Source of the DNA: an uncultured Acidobacteriota bacterium
GTDB lineage: Bacteria > Acidobacteriota > Terriglobia > UBA7540
DNA length: 24,000 nt
Assembly: GCA_963722555.1 (NCBI GenBank)
Contig: CAVRNQ010000007.1
Coordinates: 853,013-877,012 of the forward strand
Reading direction: 5' to 3'
In this document: piece after piece, positions 1 through 6,739 of the stretch
How the letters are laid out: every line of letters begins with the position of its first letter
Numbering within the stretch: position 1 is the stretch's first letter
The notes under the pieces: model-generated
Database searches by the model: none
Told to the model about the DNA's origin: nothing
The model's input: only the letters and a program-made list of their open reading frames with translations
Position numbers and translations under genes: made by a program

Positions 1-719
1 CCGGGTTTCATGGCTTTCAGGGCGGCCAGGTGTGCGTCAACCGAAGCCTCCGCGGCCTTGCGAATCAAGGCTATCTCTCCCGGTGTCTTCACCATGCGCA
101 GGCGGAGCAGCTCCGGGCGTAGGTCGGCAAGCACGGCGAGCGGCGCCAGCTTGCGAATTTTCCCCAGCATCTCCGCCTGGAAGTAGTCTTCGCCGCTCTC
201 CGGCTGCGGCGTCAGCTCCGTATAAATCTTGGAGAAGCCCTTGAGCGACTCCTCGAGGTCAGAGGGGAAAAGGGAGGTGCTGCGAACCGCGGCAAAACCG
301 GTGCGGGCGGGAGCTTCGGCGTCGTCCGCGCCGAGCTTGGGGCCCGTCCATTTTTCCTGGCGGACGTCGTGCGGCGGGATATAAAGAACCTCTTTCTCAA
401 GCTCCGCGGCTGCCCCGGCCTGGCGCGCCTTCGGCACGAGCAGCATCATGGCTTCCGGCTCGTTCCAGCCCGTGAGGTAGTAGAACTCCTCGTTCTGGCG
501 GAAAGACGTGACGCTGGCTGCCACATCAGCCTCGCGATAGCCGAAGAGCACGACCACGCCATCGCCGCCTGTGTCGCGAACCAGGCGCGCGCGGCGCTCG
601 TGGAAGACCGCGGCCGGCTCACGCTCCCAGCCGTAAGCCGCCCCCGCCGCCCCCAGGATGGCCGCAAAAGTTAGTGCCGCCGAAACCAAAACCACCTTGC
701 GTTCGAGCCTTCGTGGCAT
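1..719 (-). CDS. Xaa-Pro aminopeptidase / M24-family peptidase, N-terminal part (ORF continues past window start)
   Basis: Absent from the ORF track because it runs off the window edge. My minus-strand translation from ATG (719-717) is stop-free to position 1. It starts with a signal-like MPRRLERKVVLVSAALTFAAILGAAGAAYG. Next comes FHERRARLVRDTGGDGVVVLFGY...SFRQNEEFYYLTGWNEPEAMMLLVP (AMP_N-like). It ends with LRMVKTPGEIALIRKAAEASVDAHLAALKAMKP (start of the pita-bread domain). SD GGAGGGGG lies at 725-732 (minus). Confidence 0.7.
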   Translation of the reverse strand, partial: MPRRLERKVVLVSAALTFAAILGAAGAAYGWEREPAAVFHERRARLVRDTGGDGVVVLFGYREADVAASVTSFRQNEEFYYLTGWNEPEAMMLLVPKARQAGAAAELEKEVLYIPPHDVRQEKWTGPKLGADDAEAPARTGFAAVRSTSLFPSDLEESLKGFSKIYTELTPQPESGEDYFQAEMLGKIRKLAPLAVLADLRPELLRLRMVKTPGEIALIRKAAEASVDAHLAALKAMKP

Positions 720-832
720 GGAAACCCCCTCCGGAGGTAAGCGTACAGCATAACGCCTGCGTCAAGTGCAGCGAAATCATAACTGCGGCCCGGTACTTGT
801 GTGATTTGGAATGGAATCCCTTTCGAAACACT

Positions 833-921
833 GGTCATTCCCGCGAAAGCGGGAATCCATTCCGTTGACGGCGCATCTGCAATGGCTTGCGGAGTAGATT
901 CCCGCTTTCGCGGGAATGACT
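833..921. repeat. Inverted pair of REP-like palindromic hairpins (TCATTCCCGCGAAAGCGGGAATC and its exact reverse complement)
   Basis: 835-857 reads TCATTCCCGCGAAAGCGGGAATC. 897-919 reads GATTCCCGCTTTCGCGGGAATGA, its exact reverse complement. About 40 nt separates them. The same family occurs at 15984-16006, 16338-16360 and 16444-16466. Confidence 0.85.
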
Positions 922-1047
922 GCACCTGGGAGTACCCGTGTCTCGCAAATGACACCAGTACCCGGCGGCCCGCTGCCGGTAAGGACACCGGCATTACAAA
1001 ATCCGCGATATCAGCAATTCTGAATTGGAAATGAACATGCCGGCAGG

Positions 1048-2670
1048 TTACGTGGCGTGCTCCACGGCGCGGGGCCGAAAGAGTGCTGGCAGCACGTTCG
1101 CGAGCCGCCGCAGCGGCGTCTGGAACAGGGACATCGTCCCCATGTAGGAATAGCCCATGAAAAAGAGCAGCAGGAACGGCGTGGTCAGATAGTTCTCCAT
1201 GCTGAAAGAATAGACGATGGTGAAGGCGAAGTAGGCGGCGAGCGAGAGTTCGACGATCGGGATCCAGCCGGCGCGGCGGCGCACGTATTTCTTGCGCTCC
1301 CAGCCCCCTTCGCTCGCTTCCAGGTGGTATTTGGCGGTGCGCACAAATTCCGACTGATGGCCGAGGAGCGCCTCGATCACTGCCTTGGCGTTAGTGACGG
1401 CCAGGCCGATCCCCGTCGCCATGATGAAAGGCATGTACTTGATCCGGCTGAGCCACTGGCGCGGATAAAGCTCGCGCTGCGCCACCATGTAGAAGCTCGA
1501 AATCGAGCAGGTGGAGGCAAGGAAGAGCGGCAGATCCAGGTAGAGCATCTGGAACCAGCCCTGGTAGAAGCGCACGATCATAGCCGGGAGCAGGATCACC
1601 GAAAAAACGATCATCAGCGGATAGGCGATGTTCGCCGTCAGGTGGAAGGTGGCCTCGATCTTGATCTTGAGCGGCTGGTCGCTGCGCCAGATTACGGGAA
1701 GCAGCTTCTTCGCCACCTGGATGAGCCCCTTGGCCCAGCGCGCCTGCTGCGTCTTGAAGGAATTCATCTCGACGGGCAGCTCCGAGGGGCAGACGATGTT
1801 GGGATCGTAAATGAACTTCCAGCCCTTGAGCTGCGCGCGATAACTCAAATCGGTGTCTTCGGTCAGCGTATCGTGCTGCCAGCCGCCCGCGTCGTCGATG
1901 GCCGTGCGCCGCCACATGCCGGCGGTGCCATTGAAGTTAAAGAAGCGGCCCGAAAAGTTGCGGGCGCCGTGCTCGATCACGAAGTGGCCGTCCAGCAGAA
2001 TGGCTTCGACTTCCGCCAGGTTCGAATAGTGACGGTTGATCCACGTCCAGCGGCCCTGCACGACCGCCACCTGGAGATCGGTGAAATAATGAACCATTTC
2101 ACGCAAAATCGCGGGCGGCGGCACGAAGTCCGCGTCGAAGATGGCGATAAACTCGCCCGTGGCGCTCTTCATGCCCTCGGCAAGCGCGCCGGCTTTGTAA
2201 CCCTCGCGGTTGTCCCGATGATGGTAACTGATGGGGTGACCGGCGCTCGCGTACTCACTCACCAGACGCGAGGAGACAATGCGGGTCTCGTCGATCGAGT
2301 CGTCGAGCACCTGGATATCCAGCAACTCGCGCGGATAGTCGATGCGGGTAACAGCCTCGAGCAGGCGTTCCACCACATAGCGCTCGTTGAAAATCGGGAG
2401 CTGGATGGTGACACGCGGCAATTCTCGGAACTGCTGCCCCGGCTTCGGCGCCTTGCCGCGGCTCTTCATGTACAGATAAACGAGATAGTAGCGATGCATG
2501 CCGTAGATCGAAAGGATGATCAGGATCGTGAAATAAGGAATCAGGATGGAAAGGTCAAAGGCGTTGGGCTGATAGATGCCTCGGAACGGATCTTTGTGGA
2601 AGACTTTGTAAAAATACTTCACCACCGGGTTCGCGGGGGCGACCAGGATGGCGAAAAGCAGATGATGCAT
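1048..2670 (-). CDS. Family 2 glycosyltransferase, processive (cellulose synthase / CslA-like beta-glycan synthase)
   Basis: 540-aa ORF with motifs QVLDDSIDET, FDADF (DxD), LTEDTDLS (TED) and QQARWAKG (QxxRW). Hydrophobic segments occur at both termini. Confidence 0.9.
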   Translation of the reverse strand: MHHLLFAILVAPANPVVKYFYKVFHKDPFRGIYQPNAFDLSILIPYFTILIILSIYGMHRYYLVYLYMKSRGKAPKPGQQFRELPRVTIQLPIFNERYVVERLLEAVTRIDYPRELLDIQVLDDSIDETRIVSSRLVSEYASAGHPISYHHRDNREGYKAGALAEGMKSATGEFIAIFDADFVPPPAILREMVHYFTDLQVAVVQGRWTWINRHYSNLAEVEAILLDGHFVIEHGARNFSGRFFNFNGTAGMWRRTAIDDAGGWQHDTLTEDTDLSYRAQLKGWKFIYDPNIVCPSELPVEMNSFKTQQARWAKGLIQVAKKLLPVIWRSDQPLKIKIEATFHLTANIAYPLMIVFSVILLPAMIVRFYQGWFQMLYLDLPLFLASTCSISSFYMVAQRELYPRQWLSRIKYMPFIMATGIGLAVTNAKAVIEALLGHQSEFVRTAKYHLEASEGGWERKKYVRRRAGWIPIVELSLAAYFAFTIVYSFSMENYLTTPFLLLFFMGYSYMGTMSLFQTPLRRLANVLPALFRPRAVEHAT

Positions 2671-2808
2671 AATAATAGTCGCGACCTTTTTGAGAACAGT
2701 CCCCTACATTATACACCGCAAACCGGCCCAGGGGAAACTGCGCCCTCCAGGTGGTGGTGCATTTTGAATTCTTGGATACCGTCCCTACAGGCTCAAGCCT
2801 TCCAACGC

Positions 2809-2837
2809 TTGACGCGCTACGCTGTACGTAGTATGCT
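2809..2837 (+). promoter_or_regulatory. Putative higBA promoter: TTGACG - 17 nt - TATGCT, with CTACG...CGTAG inverted repeat in the spacer
   Basis: TTGACG at 2809-2814, TATGCT at 2832-2837. The higB GTG start (2844) lies only 7 nt downstream, implying a leaderless or very short-leader mRNA. Inverted repeat at 2817-2821 and 2827-2831. Confidence 0.4.
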
Positions 2838-2843
2838 TCGAGA

Positions 2844-3122
2844 GTGATCCGGAGCTTTCGCTCGAAGCAGACGGAAGAGCTTTTCCATTACCATCACACC
2901 CAGCGGTTCCGGGCCTTTGAGCGGATCGCGTTGCGCAAACTGCTCCAGCTTCACGCTGCCACGGAGTTAATGGTTCTGGCGTCTCCTCCCGGGAATCACC
3001 TGGAGGCGTTACGGGGCACCCGGATGGGACAGCATTCGATTCGCATCAACGACCGGTGGCGGATCTGCTTCGTCTGGCGCCAGGGTCATGCCTACGAAGT
3101 GGAGATTGTGGATTACCACTGA
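2844..3122 (+). CDS. higB: HigB toxin (RelE/ParE superfamily, plasmid maintenance killer protein type)
   Basis: 92 aa with GTG start. (M)IRSFRSKQTEELF at the N-terminus and RINDRWRICFVWRQGHAYEVEIVDYH at the C-terminus are typical of HigB. A HigA-type gene follows 12 nt later. Confidence 0.85.
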   Translation: MIRSFRSKQTEELFHYHHTQRFRAFERIALRKLLQLHAATELMVLASPPGNHLEALRGTRMGQHSIRINDRWRICFVWRQGHAYEVEIVDYH

Positions 3123-3134
3123 GGAGAATTTGCC

Positions 3135-3452
3135 ATGCGCAAGCCGCAGACTTTGATGCCGCCTGTCCATCCGGGCGAGATCCTGCGCGAGGATTTCATG
3201 AAGCCGCTCGCCCTCTCGATCAACAGGCTGGCGCTCGACCTGCACGTGCCGGCGACCCGCATCGGCGAAATTGTGCACGAGCGCCGCCGCATCACCGCCG
3301 ACACAGCCTTGCGCCTGGCGCGCTACTTCCACACCAATCCCGAGTTCTGGCTCAATCTGCAAAACTTCTTCGACCTCGAAATCGAGAGACGCTCGGGCGC
3401 GACGGTCGAAATCGAGCGCCAAGTGCATCCCGCTGCCGTACAGGCTTCTTAA
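3135..3452 (+). CDS. higA: HigA antitoxin (XRE-family HTH, VapI/COG3093 type)
   Basis: 105 aa. PVHPGEILREDFMKPLALSINRLALDLHVPATRIGEIVHERRRITADTALRLARYFHTNPEFWLNLQ matches the HigA HTH core. GGAG lies 8 nt upstream of the ATG. Confidence 0.85.
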   Translation: MRKPQTLMPPVHPGEILREDFMKPLALSINRLALDLHVPATRIGEIVHERRRITADTALRLARYFHTNPEFWLNLQNFFDLEIERRSGATVEIERQVHPAAVQAS

Positions 3453-3618
3453 CCCAGCTTTTCTTGAATTACACTCTGTGGACCAAGCTGGGAGCCACGG
3501 CGCGGTTTTGGCGCCGTGCGCTTGTCGATGGCCAGAACCCGCAAAAGCCCACAGCATAGAAAGCGTGCCGTGCCTACCTACCTTCAAAATCCTCTGGGCC
3601 TGAGGGTGCAGGTTGTAG

Positions 3619-3643
3619 CGCAGACTTGTTTTTGAAGTCTGCG
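3619..3643. other. Perfect 9-bp stem / 7-nt loop hairpin (possible terminator between the higBA and vapBC modules)
   Basis: CGCAGACTT (3619-3627), loop GTTTTTG, AAGTCTGCG (3635-3643). No clear U-tract follows on either strand. Confidence 0.35.
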
Positions 3644-3772
3644 GCCCTTTATCGGGAAAGCAAAGAGCCGCGGAGTTAAAGGGCAACTCCGCGCTACCTG
3701 CTTTGTTGATCCAACGCTCTCGTCGAGGTAGGAATTAGATAGCTTGACTTACATAAATCAAGAGGGTAGGAT

Positions 3773-4030
3773 ATGAAGCATGGTAGGTGCCCAATGAAGA
3801 TCGAAGCCAGTGTCGTCACGACCAAGGGACAACTCGTCATCCCCGCTCGTCTGCGCCGGCGATTCGGGATCAAAAAGGGGACGATGGTCACCTTTGTAGA
3901 AGATGGCGGGCGTATAATCGTTCAGCCCGTTACACGAGAGTTCATTCGCGGCCTGCGCGGTTCGCTCAAGAGCGGCCCTTCGGCGCTGGACCACCTGATC
4001 AAGGAACGCACGAGAGAGCGCACTCTGTGA
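3773..4030 (+). CDS. vapB: VapB antitoxin (AbrB/MazE/SpoVT fold)
   Basis: TKGQLVIPARLRRRFGIKKGTMVTFVEDGGRIIVQP is a SpoVT/AbrB looped-hinge-helix motif. Its stop overlaps the vapC start (GTGA). An alternative start is ATG 3794 (MKIEAS...). Confidence 0.8.
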   Translation: MKHGRCPMKIEASVVTTKGQLVIPARLRRRFGIKKGTMVTFVEDGGRIIVQPVTREFIRGLRGSLKSGPSALDHLIKERTRERTL

Positions 4031-4419
4031 AAACTCACGTCCTTGACGCCAGCGCCCTTATGACATTCTTCGAGGATCGCCCCGGCGCCGGGAAAGTCGA
4101 AGAACTGCTCGCCAAAGCCGCCGAAGCTAAGTGGCCCCTGCTGATGTCCGTAGTCAACTGGGGTGAGGTGTACTACTCGGTCTGGCGCGCGCGCGGCGAA
4201 GCGGCCGCGAACGAGAAGCTCCGTGAGATCGCTCAATTGCCCATCGAGATCGTCGACGCCGACTCCGGCTTGACGCGTGTGGCCGCCAGCCTCAAGGCGG
4301 AGCACAACCTTCCTTACGCCGACTGCTTCGCCGCCGCCCTCGCCCAAGCCAGGAAGGCAACCTTGGTCACGAGTGACAGCGACTTCAAGCGCGTTGGCAC
4401 CGCCCTCAAAATCCTTTAG
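4027..4419 (+). CDS. vapC: VapC toxin (PIN-domain ribonuclease)
   Basis: GTG at 4027 overlaps the vapB TGA (4028-4030). VKTHVLDASALMTFF...WGEVYY...LPYADCFAAALAQARKATLVTSDSDF carries the conserved PIN acidic positions. The 210-aa track ORF (3787-4419) is this frame extended upstream through vapB. Confidence 0.85.
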   Translation: MKTHVLDASALMTFFEDRPGAGKVEELLAKAAEAKWPLLMSVVNWGEVYYSVWRARGEAAANEKLREIAQLPIEIVDADSGLTRVAASLKAEHNLPYADCFAAALAQARKATLVTSDSDFKRVGTALKIL

Positions 4420-4545
4420 GTCTGAGGGTGCGGTGATCCTCGCGAGATGGGGAATCGGCCAACCGCACACATCGCAAGAATCGCGACGTGTGCGCCAGAC
4501 CAATCTCTCACCCTCGGCCTTCAGAGCCTGCCCTATTCGCTGCGC

Positions 4546-4758
4546 TCAGGGCAAGCTCTGAGCGGGGCGAAGGGTCCGCCCTTGTGTCGCTTCCTCTTGT
4601 TTCAGCCGCTCGGCCAGCAGAACCCTGAGCAGCGAATGATAGGGAACATCGCGCTGGTTCGCCAGGGCTTTGAGCCGGGCGATGAGAGCTTCGGGCAAGC
4701 GCCGTGAAATCGTTCGGAGGGAAGGTTTCAGATTCGGCAGGTTTCTGCCGGAGGACAA
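4546..4758 (-). CDS. Ribbon-helix-helix (CopG/BrnA-like) antitoxin, orphan and probably 5'-truncated
   Basis: ISRRLPEALIARLKALANQRDVPYHSLLRVLLAERLKQE is a typical RHH antitoxin C-terminal module. The only possible start is TTG, with no SD and an in-frame TAA 36 nt upstream. There is no adjacent toxin ORF. Confidence 0.5.
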   Translation of the reverse strand: MSSGRNLPNLKPSLRTISRRLPEALIARLKALANQRDVPYHSLLRVLLAERLKQEEATQGRTLRPAQSLP

Positions 4759-4768
4759 GATTTTTTGA

Positions 4769-4796
4769 TTGACAACGTTAACTTATGCGTTATAAT
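4769..4796 (+). promoter_or_regulatory. Near-consensus sigma-70-type promoter TTGACA - 16 nt - TATAAT reading into repeat locus C1
   Basis: TTGACA at 4769-4774, TATAAT at 4791-4796. No protein-coding gene lies downstream on this strand. Confidence 0.55.
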
Positions 4797-4870
4797 ACAT
4801 AGAGTACCGAGCGCCCCGGCTCGATAGAAGCTACTCGGGAGGTAGCCTTGCCCTTGCCACCCACGAAGCA

Positions 4871-4988
4871 GGCAGTAGGCAGAAAGCAGTAGGCACAAGG
4901 CAGTAGGCAGGATGCTGACTCCTGGCTCCTAGCTTCTTACTCCTGACTTCTGACTCCTGATTGCTGAACGCTGAAGGCTGATGGCTGG
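4871..4988 (+). repeat. Simple-sequence blocks (GCAGTAGGCA)n then (CTGACTCCTGA)n of locus C1
   Basis: GGCAGTAGGCAGAAAGCAGTAGGCACAAGGCAGTAGGCAGG at 4871-4911, then GCTGACTCCTGGCTCCTAGCTTCTTACTCCTGACTTCTGACTCCTGATTGCTGAACGC. The 22-mer at 4889-4910 and the 18-mer at 4943-4960 recur exactly, reverse-complemented, at 15665-15686 and 15636-15653. Confidence 0.9.
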
Positions 4989-5027
4989 ACGCCAAGCCCG
5001 CGAGCGTGGAGATTTTGAAAATGTCCA

Positions 5028-5290
5028 GCCTCTCCATTATGTTGATGATAATAAATATACTTAGCGATATTCATCATGATTCTGCAAAATCATCAAGTCG
5101 TTGAAATTAAGCAAGTTAAATGCATTGCGCTGACGTTGGCCTCAGAAAACGCGGGGGGGAAAAATGAAGGTAAGTTCCATTATGTTGTTGAAAACACATG
5201 TAGAAAAAATGTCACTTTGTGGGCTCTCCATTATATTTATGATAATAAACGAGTTATAGTTGCCTCTCCATTATGTTGATGATAATAAAT
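5028..5290 (+). repeat. AT-rich body of locus C1 with dispersed copies of CCATTATGTTGATGATAATAAAT-type motif and a conserved 33-nt core
   Basis: The identical 29-mer GCCTCTCCATTATGTTGATGATAATAAAT occurs at 5028-5056 and 5262-5290. Degenerate copies are at 5174-5197 and 5222-5250. The core AAGTCGTTGAAATTAAGCAAGTTAAATGCATTG is at 5095-5127. G+C is 18/60 in line 5041-5100. Confidence 0.85.
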
Positions 5291-5320
5291 GGAGTTAGCA
5301 GCGATTCTTCATTGCAGAAT

Positions 5321-5390
5321 GGCAGGGCAGGAGGCACAAGGCAGTAGGCAGTAGGCAGAGGGCAGTAGGCAGTAGGCAGAGGGCGGTAGG
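5321..5390 (+). repeat. Second (GCAGTAGGCA)n simple-sequence block closing locus C1
   Basis: GGCAGGGCAGGAGGCACAAGGCAGTAGGCAGTAGGCAGAGGGCAGTAGGCAGTAGGCAGAGGGCGGTAGG, in the same orientation as the 4871-4911 block. Confidence 0.85.
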
Positions 5391-5484
5391 AAGGAGGCGG
5401 CGAGCGCCGTTCGACGCGAACCTACAGAATTTTTGTGGACCACAGCGAGTCAGAGGTGAGAAGCGGCGACGAAATGCAGGAGGG

Positions 5485-6720
5485 TCAGGCGCGGGCGGGC
5501 GGCGGGGCGTCACGCCTGGCCCGGCGCTCGCGCAACTGGGTGCAGATCCAGAGAATCCCGTGCAGGGCAAACCCTGCCAGGAATCCCCACATCAGGTTAG
5601 TGGTAAGTAGCGAGACGAGACCAACCGCAATGGCAATCAGAAGCAGGGACGGGCGCTTGAGGATGTCGCGCACATAGGCGGCGTGCTGGATGCCCACGTA
5701 GACGAGGAACACTCCCAGGACCGCCAGGGGGATCAGGCTGAGCAAGCCGACGGCGGCTCGGCCGAAGAAAGCCAGCAGAAGGCACACGCCGCCAATCACG
5801 TAGCTGGACTTGGGCGTGCGCGCGCCGAAGCGGTAATGCGCCGTGATTCCGCCCGAACCGTGACACAGGGGTGAGCCCATGATCGTGGCGCTGGCCAGGT
5901 TCACGATGCCGATGCTCAAGCTGAGGGCGCGCACCGTGACCCGCCGGGCCTGCACACCATAGAGAATCTGCGCGGTGTTCTCGGTGGCCACAATCGAGTT
6001 TCCGAAGGTCAGGGCAAATTGTGGAATGACGAGCAGGGGCAGGACCCGCTTGAGCTCTGCAACCTGCGGATGAAGCAGTTCGAGCGGCACGAGGCCAAAA
6101 CTCAGCGCCGGGAGTTTGCCCCAGTCGAGCGCCACACCCAAGGCAATTCCCGCGGCCAACAGGACGAGCGCAGCGGGGAAACGGCGTGAATTCCTAAACG
6201 CCAGCAATAATGCGGCCCCGGCGAGGGCGACCAGCCACGGCCCGAGCGCGCCACCGGGAAGAGTCCGCCCCCCCTGCGGCCTGAGCAGCAAGCGGAAACC
6301 CTCGCGCGCCAGCAGCAGGCCCAGTCCCAGTTGAATCCCGCGCACGATCGGCAGGGTGAAGAGCTTGGCCAGCCAGCGCGCGAGATTCGTCAAGCCCACC
6401 AAGAGCAGCAGCGCGCCCATCAGCAGGCCGGCGCTGGCGATGGCGGAGGGCGCGAGCGACAAGGCCAGGGCAATCGCCGCTACCGCCTTCAACGGCTGCA
6501 CGGCAATAGGAATCTGGAAATATCGCGCCGCGATACAATAGGTGAGCCCGGCCGCCAGGAACAGCGCCGTGGGATTAAGGTGGTTCAGAGTGATCAGGGC
6601 GATCGCGAGGGGGAAGAGCACACCGATGTCGCCAAAGGCGCCGGCCACGTCCAGGCGCGTGAGCGGCCAGGCAAACCCTGGTGATTTGGTTTCGGCCGCG
6701 GTGAATGCCGGCAAGCTCAT
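5485..6720 (-). CDS. MOT1-type putative molybdate/sulfate transporter (MFS_MOT1 family)
   Basis: 411-aa polytopic membrane protein. AGAFGDIGVLFPL, IPIAVQPLKAVAAIALA and PLCHGSGGITAHYRFGARTPKS correspond to the duplicated signature motifs of MOT1-family transporters. GGAGG SD lies before the ATG at 6720. Confidence 0.8.
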   Translation of the reverse strand: MSLPAFTAAETKSPGFAWPLTRLDVAGAFGDIGVLFPLAIALITLNHLNPTALFLAAGLTYCIAARYFQIPIAVQPLKAVAAIALALSLAPSAIASAGLLMGALLLLVGLTNLARWLAKLFTLPIVRGIQLGLGLLLAREGFRLLLRPQGGRTLPGGALGPWLVALAGAALLLAFRNSRRFPAALVLLAAGIALGVALDWGKLPALSFGLVPLELLHPQVAELKRVLPLLVIPQFALTFGNSIVATENTAQILYGVQARRVTVRALSLSIGIVNLASATIMGSPLCHGSGGITAHYRFGARTPKSSYVIGGVCLLLAFFGRAAVGLLSLIPLAVLGVFLVYVGIQHAAYVRDILKRPSLLLIAIAVGLVSLLTTNLMWGFLAGFALHGILWICTQLRERRARRDAPPPARA

Positions 6721-6739
6721 GACCTCCGTGGCAGGCAGT

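Noticed and set aside
671-994. 107-aa minus-strand ORF and the overlapping small ORFs in the 720-1047 intergenic region
   Set aside because: Their sequences (FPRKRES, IPAFAGMT, VIPAKAGIH, SRFRGND) are simply translations of the REP hairpins.
1057-2847. 596-aa ORF on the plus strand
   Set aside because: It is antisense to the GT2 gene, whose translation carries the clear DxD/TED/QxxRW motifs. The plus-strand product is Arg/Gly/Asp/His-rich, low-complexity sequence typical of spurious antisense ORFs in high-GC DNA.
3453-3495. Hairpin CCCAGCTT...AAGCTGGG right after the higA stop, as a terminator
   Set aside because: The stem is 8 bp but the loop is ~27 nt and there is no U-tract. Too weak to call.
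3787-4419. 210-aa ORF as a single gene
   Set aside because: The first 80 codons overlap vapB out of frame and are Arg-rich noise. The PIN domain starts at GTG 4027, which overlaps the vapB stop in the classic 4-nt fashion.
5041-5056. Fur-box-like GATAAT hexamers in the ATGTTGATGATAATAAAT motif
   Set aside because: The resemblance is to only part of the 19-bp Fur consensus. The C2 copies of the motif (GATGTTGATGAAAAG) lose the GATAAT. No iron-related gene is downstream. I cannot support it without a genome-specific Fur matrix.
5106-5120. tracrRNA-like string AGCAAGTTAAA, as found in the S. pyogenes tracrRNA/sgRNA scaffold
   Set aside because: It is only an ~11-nt match in AT-rich sequence, with no Cas9, IscB or TnpB ORF and no CRISPR array nearby. 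Most likely coincidence.
5028-5290. CRISPR array (also considered for 15027-15535)
   Set aside because: The repeat copies are irregularly spaced (about 145, 50 and 40 nt apart), degenerate and of unequal length. No cas genes are in the window.
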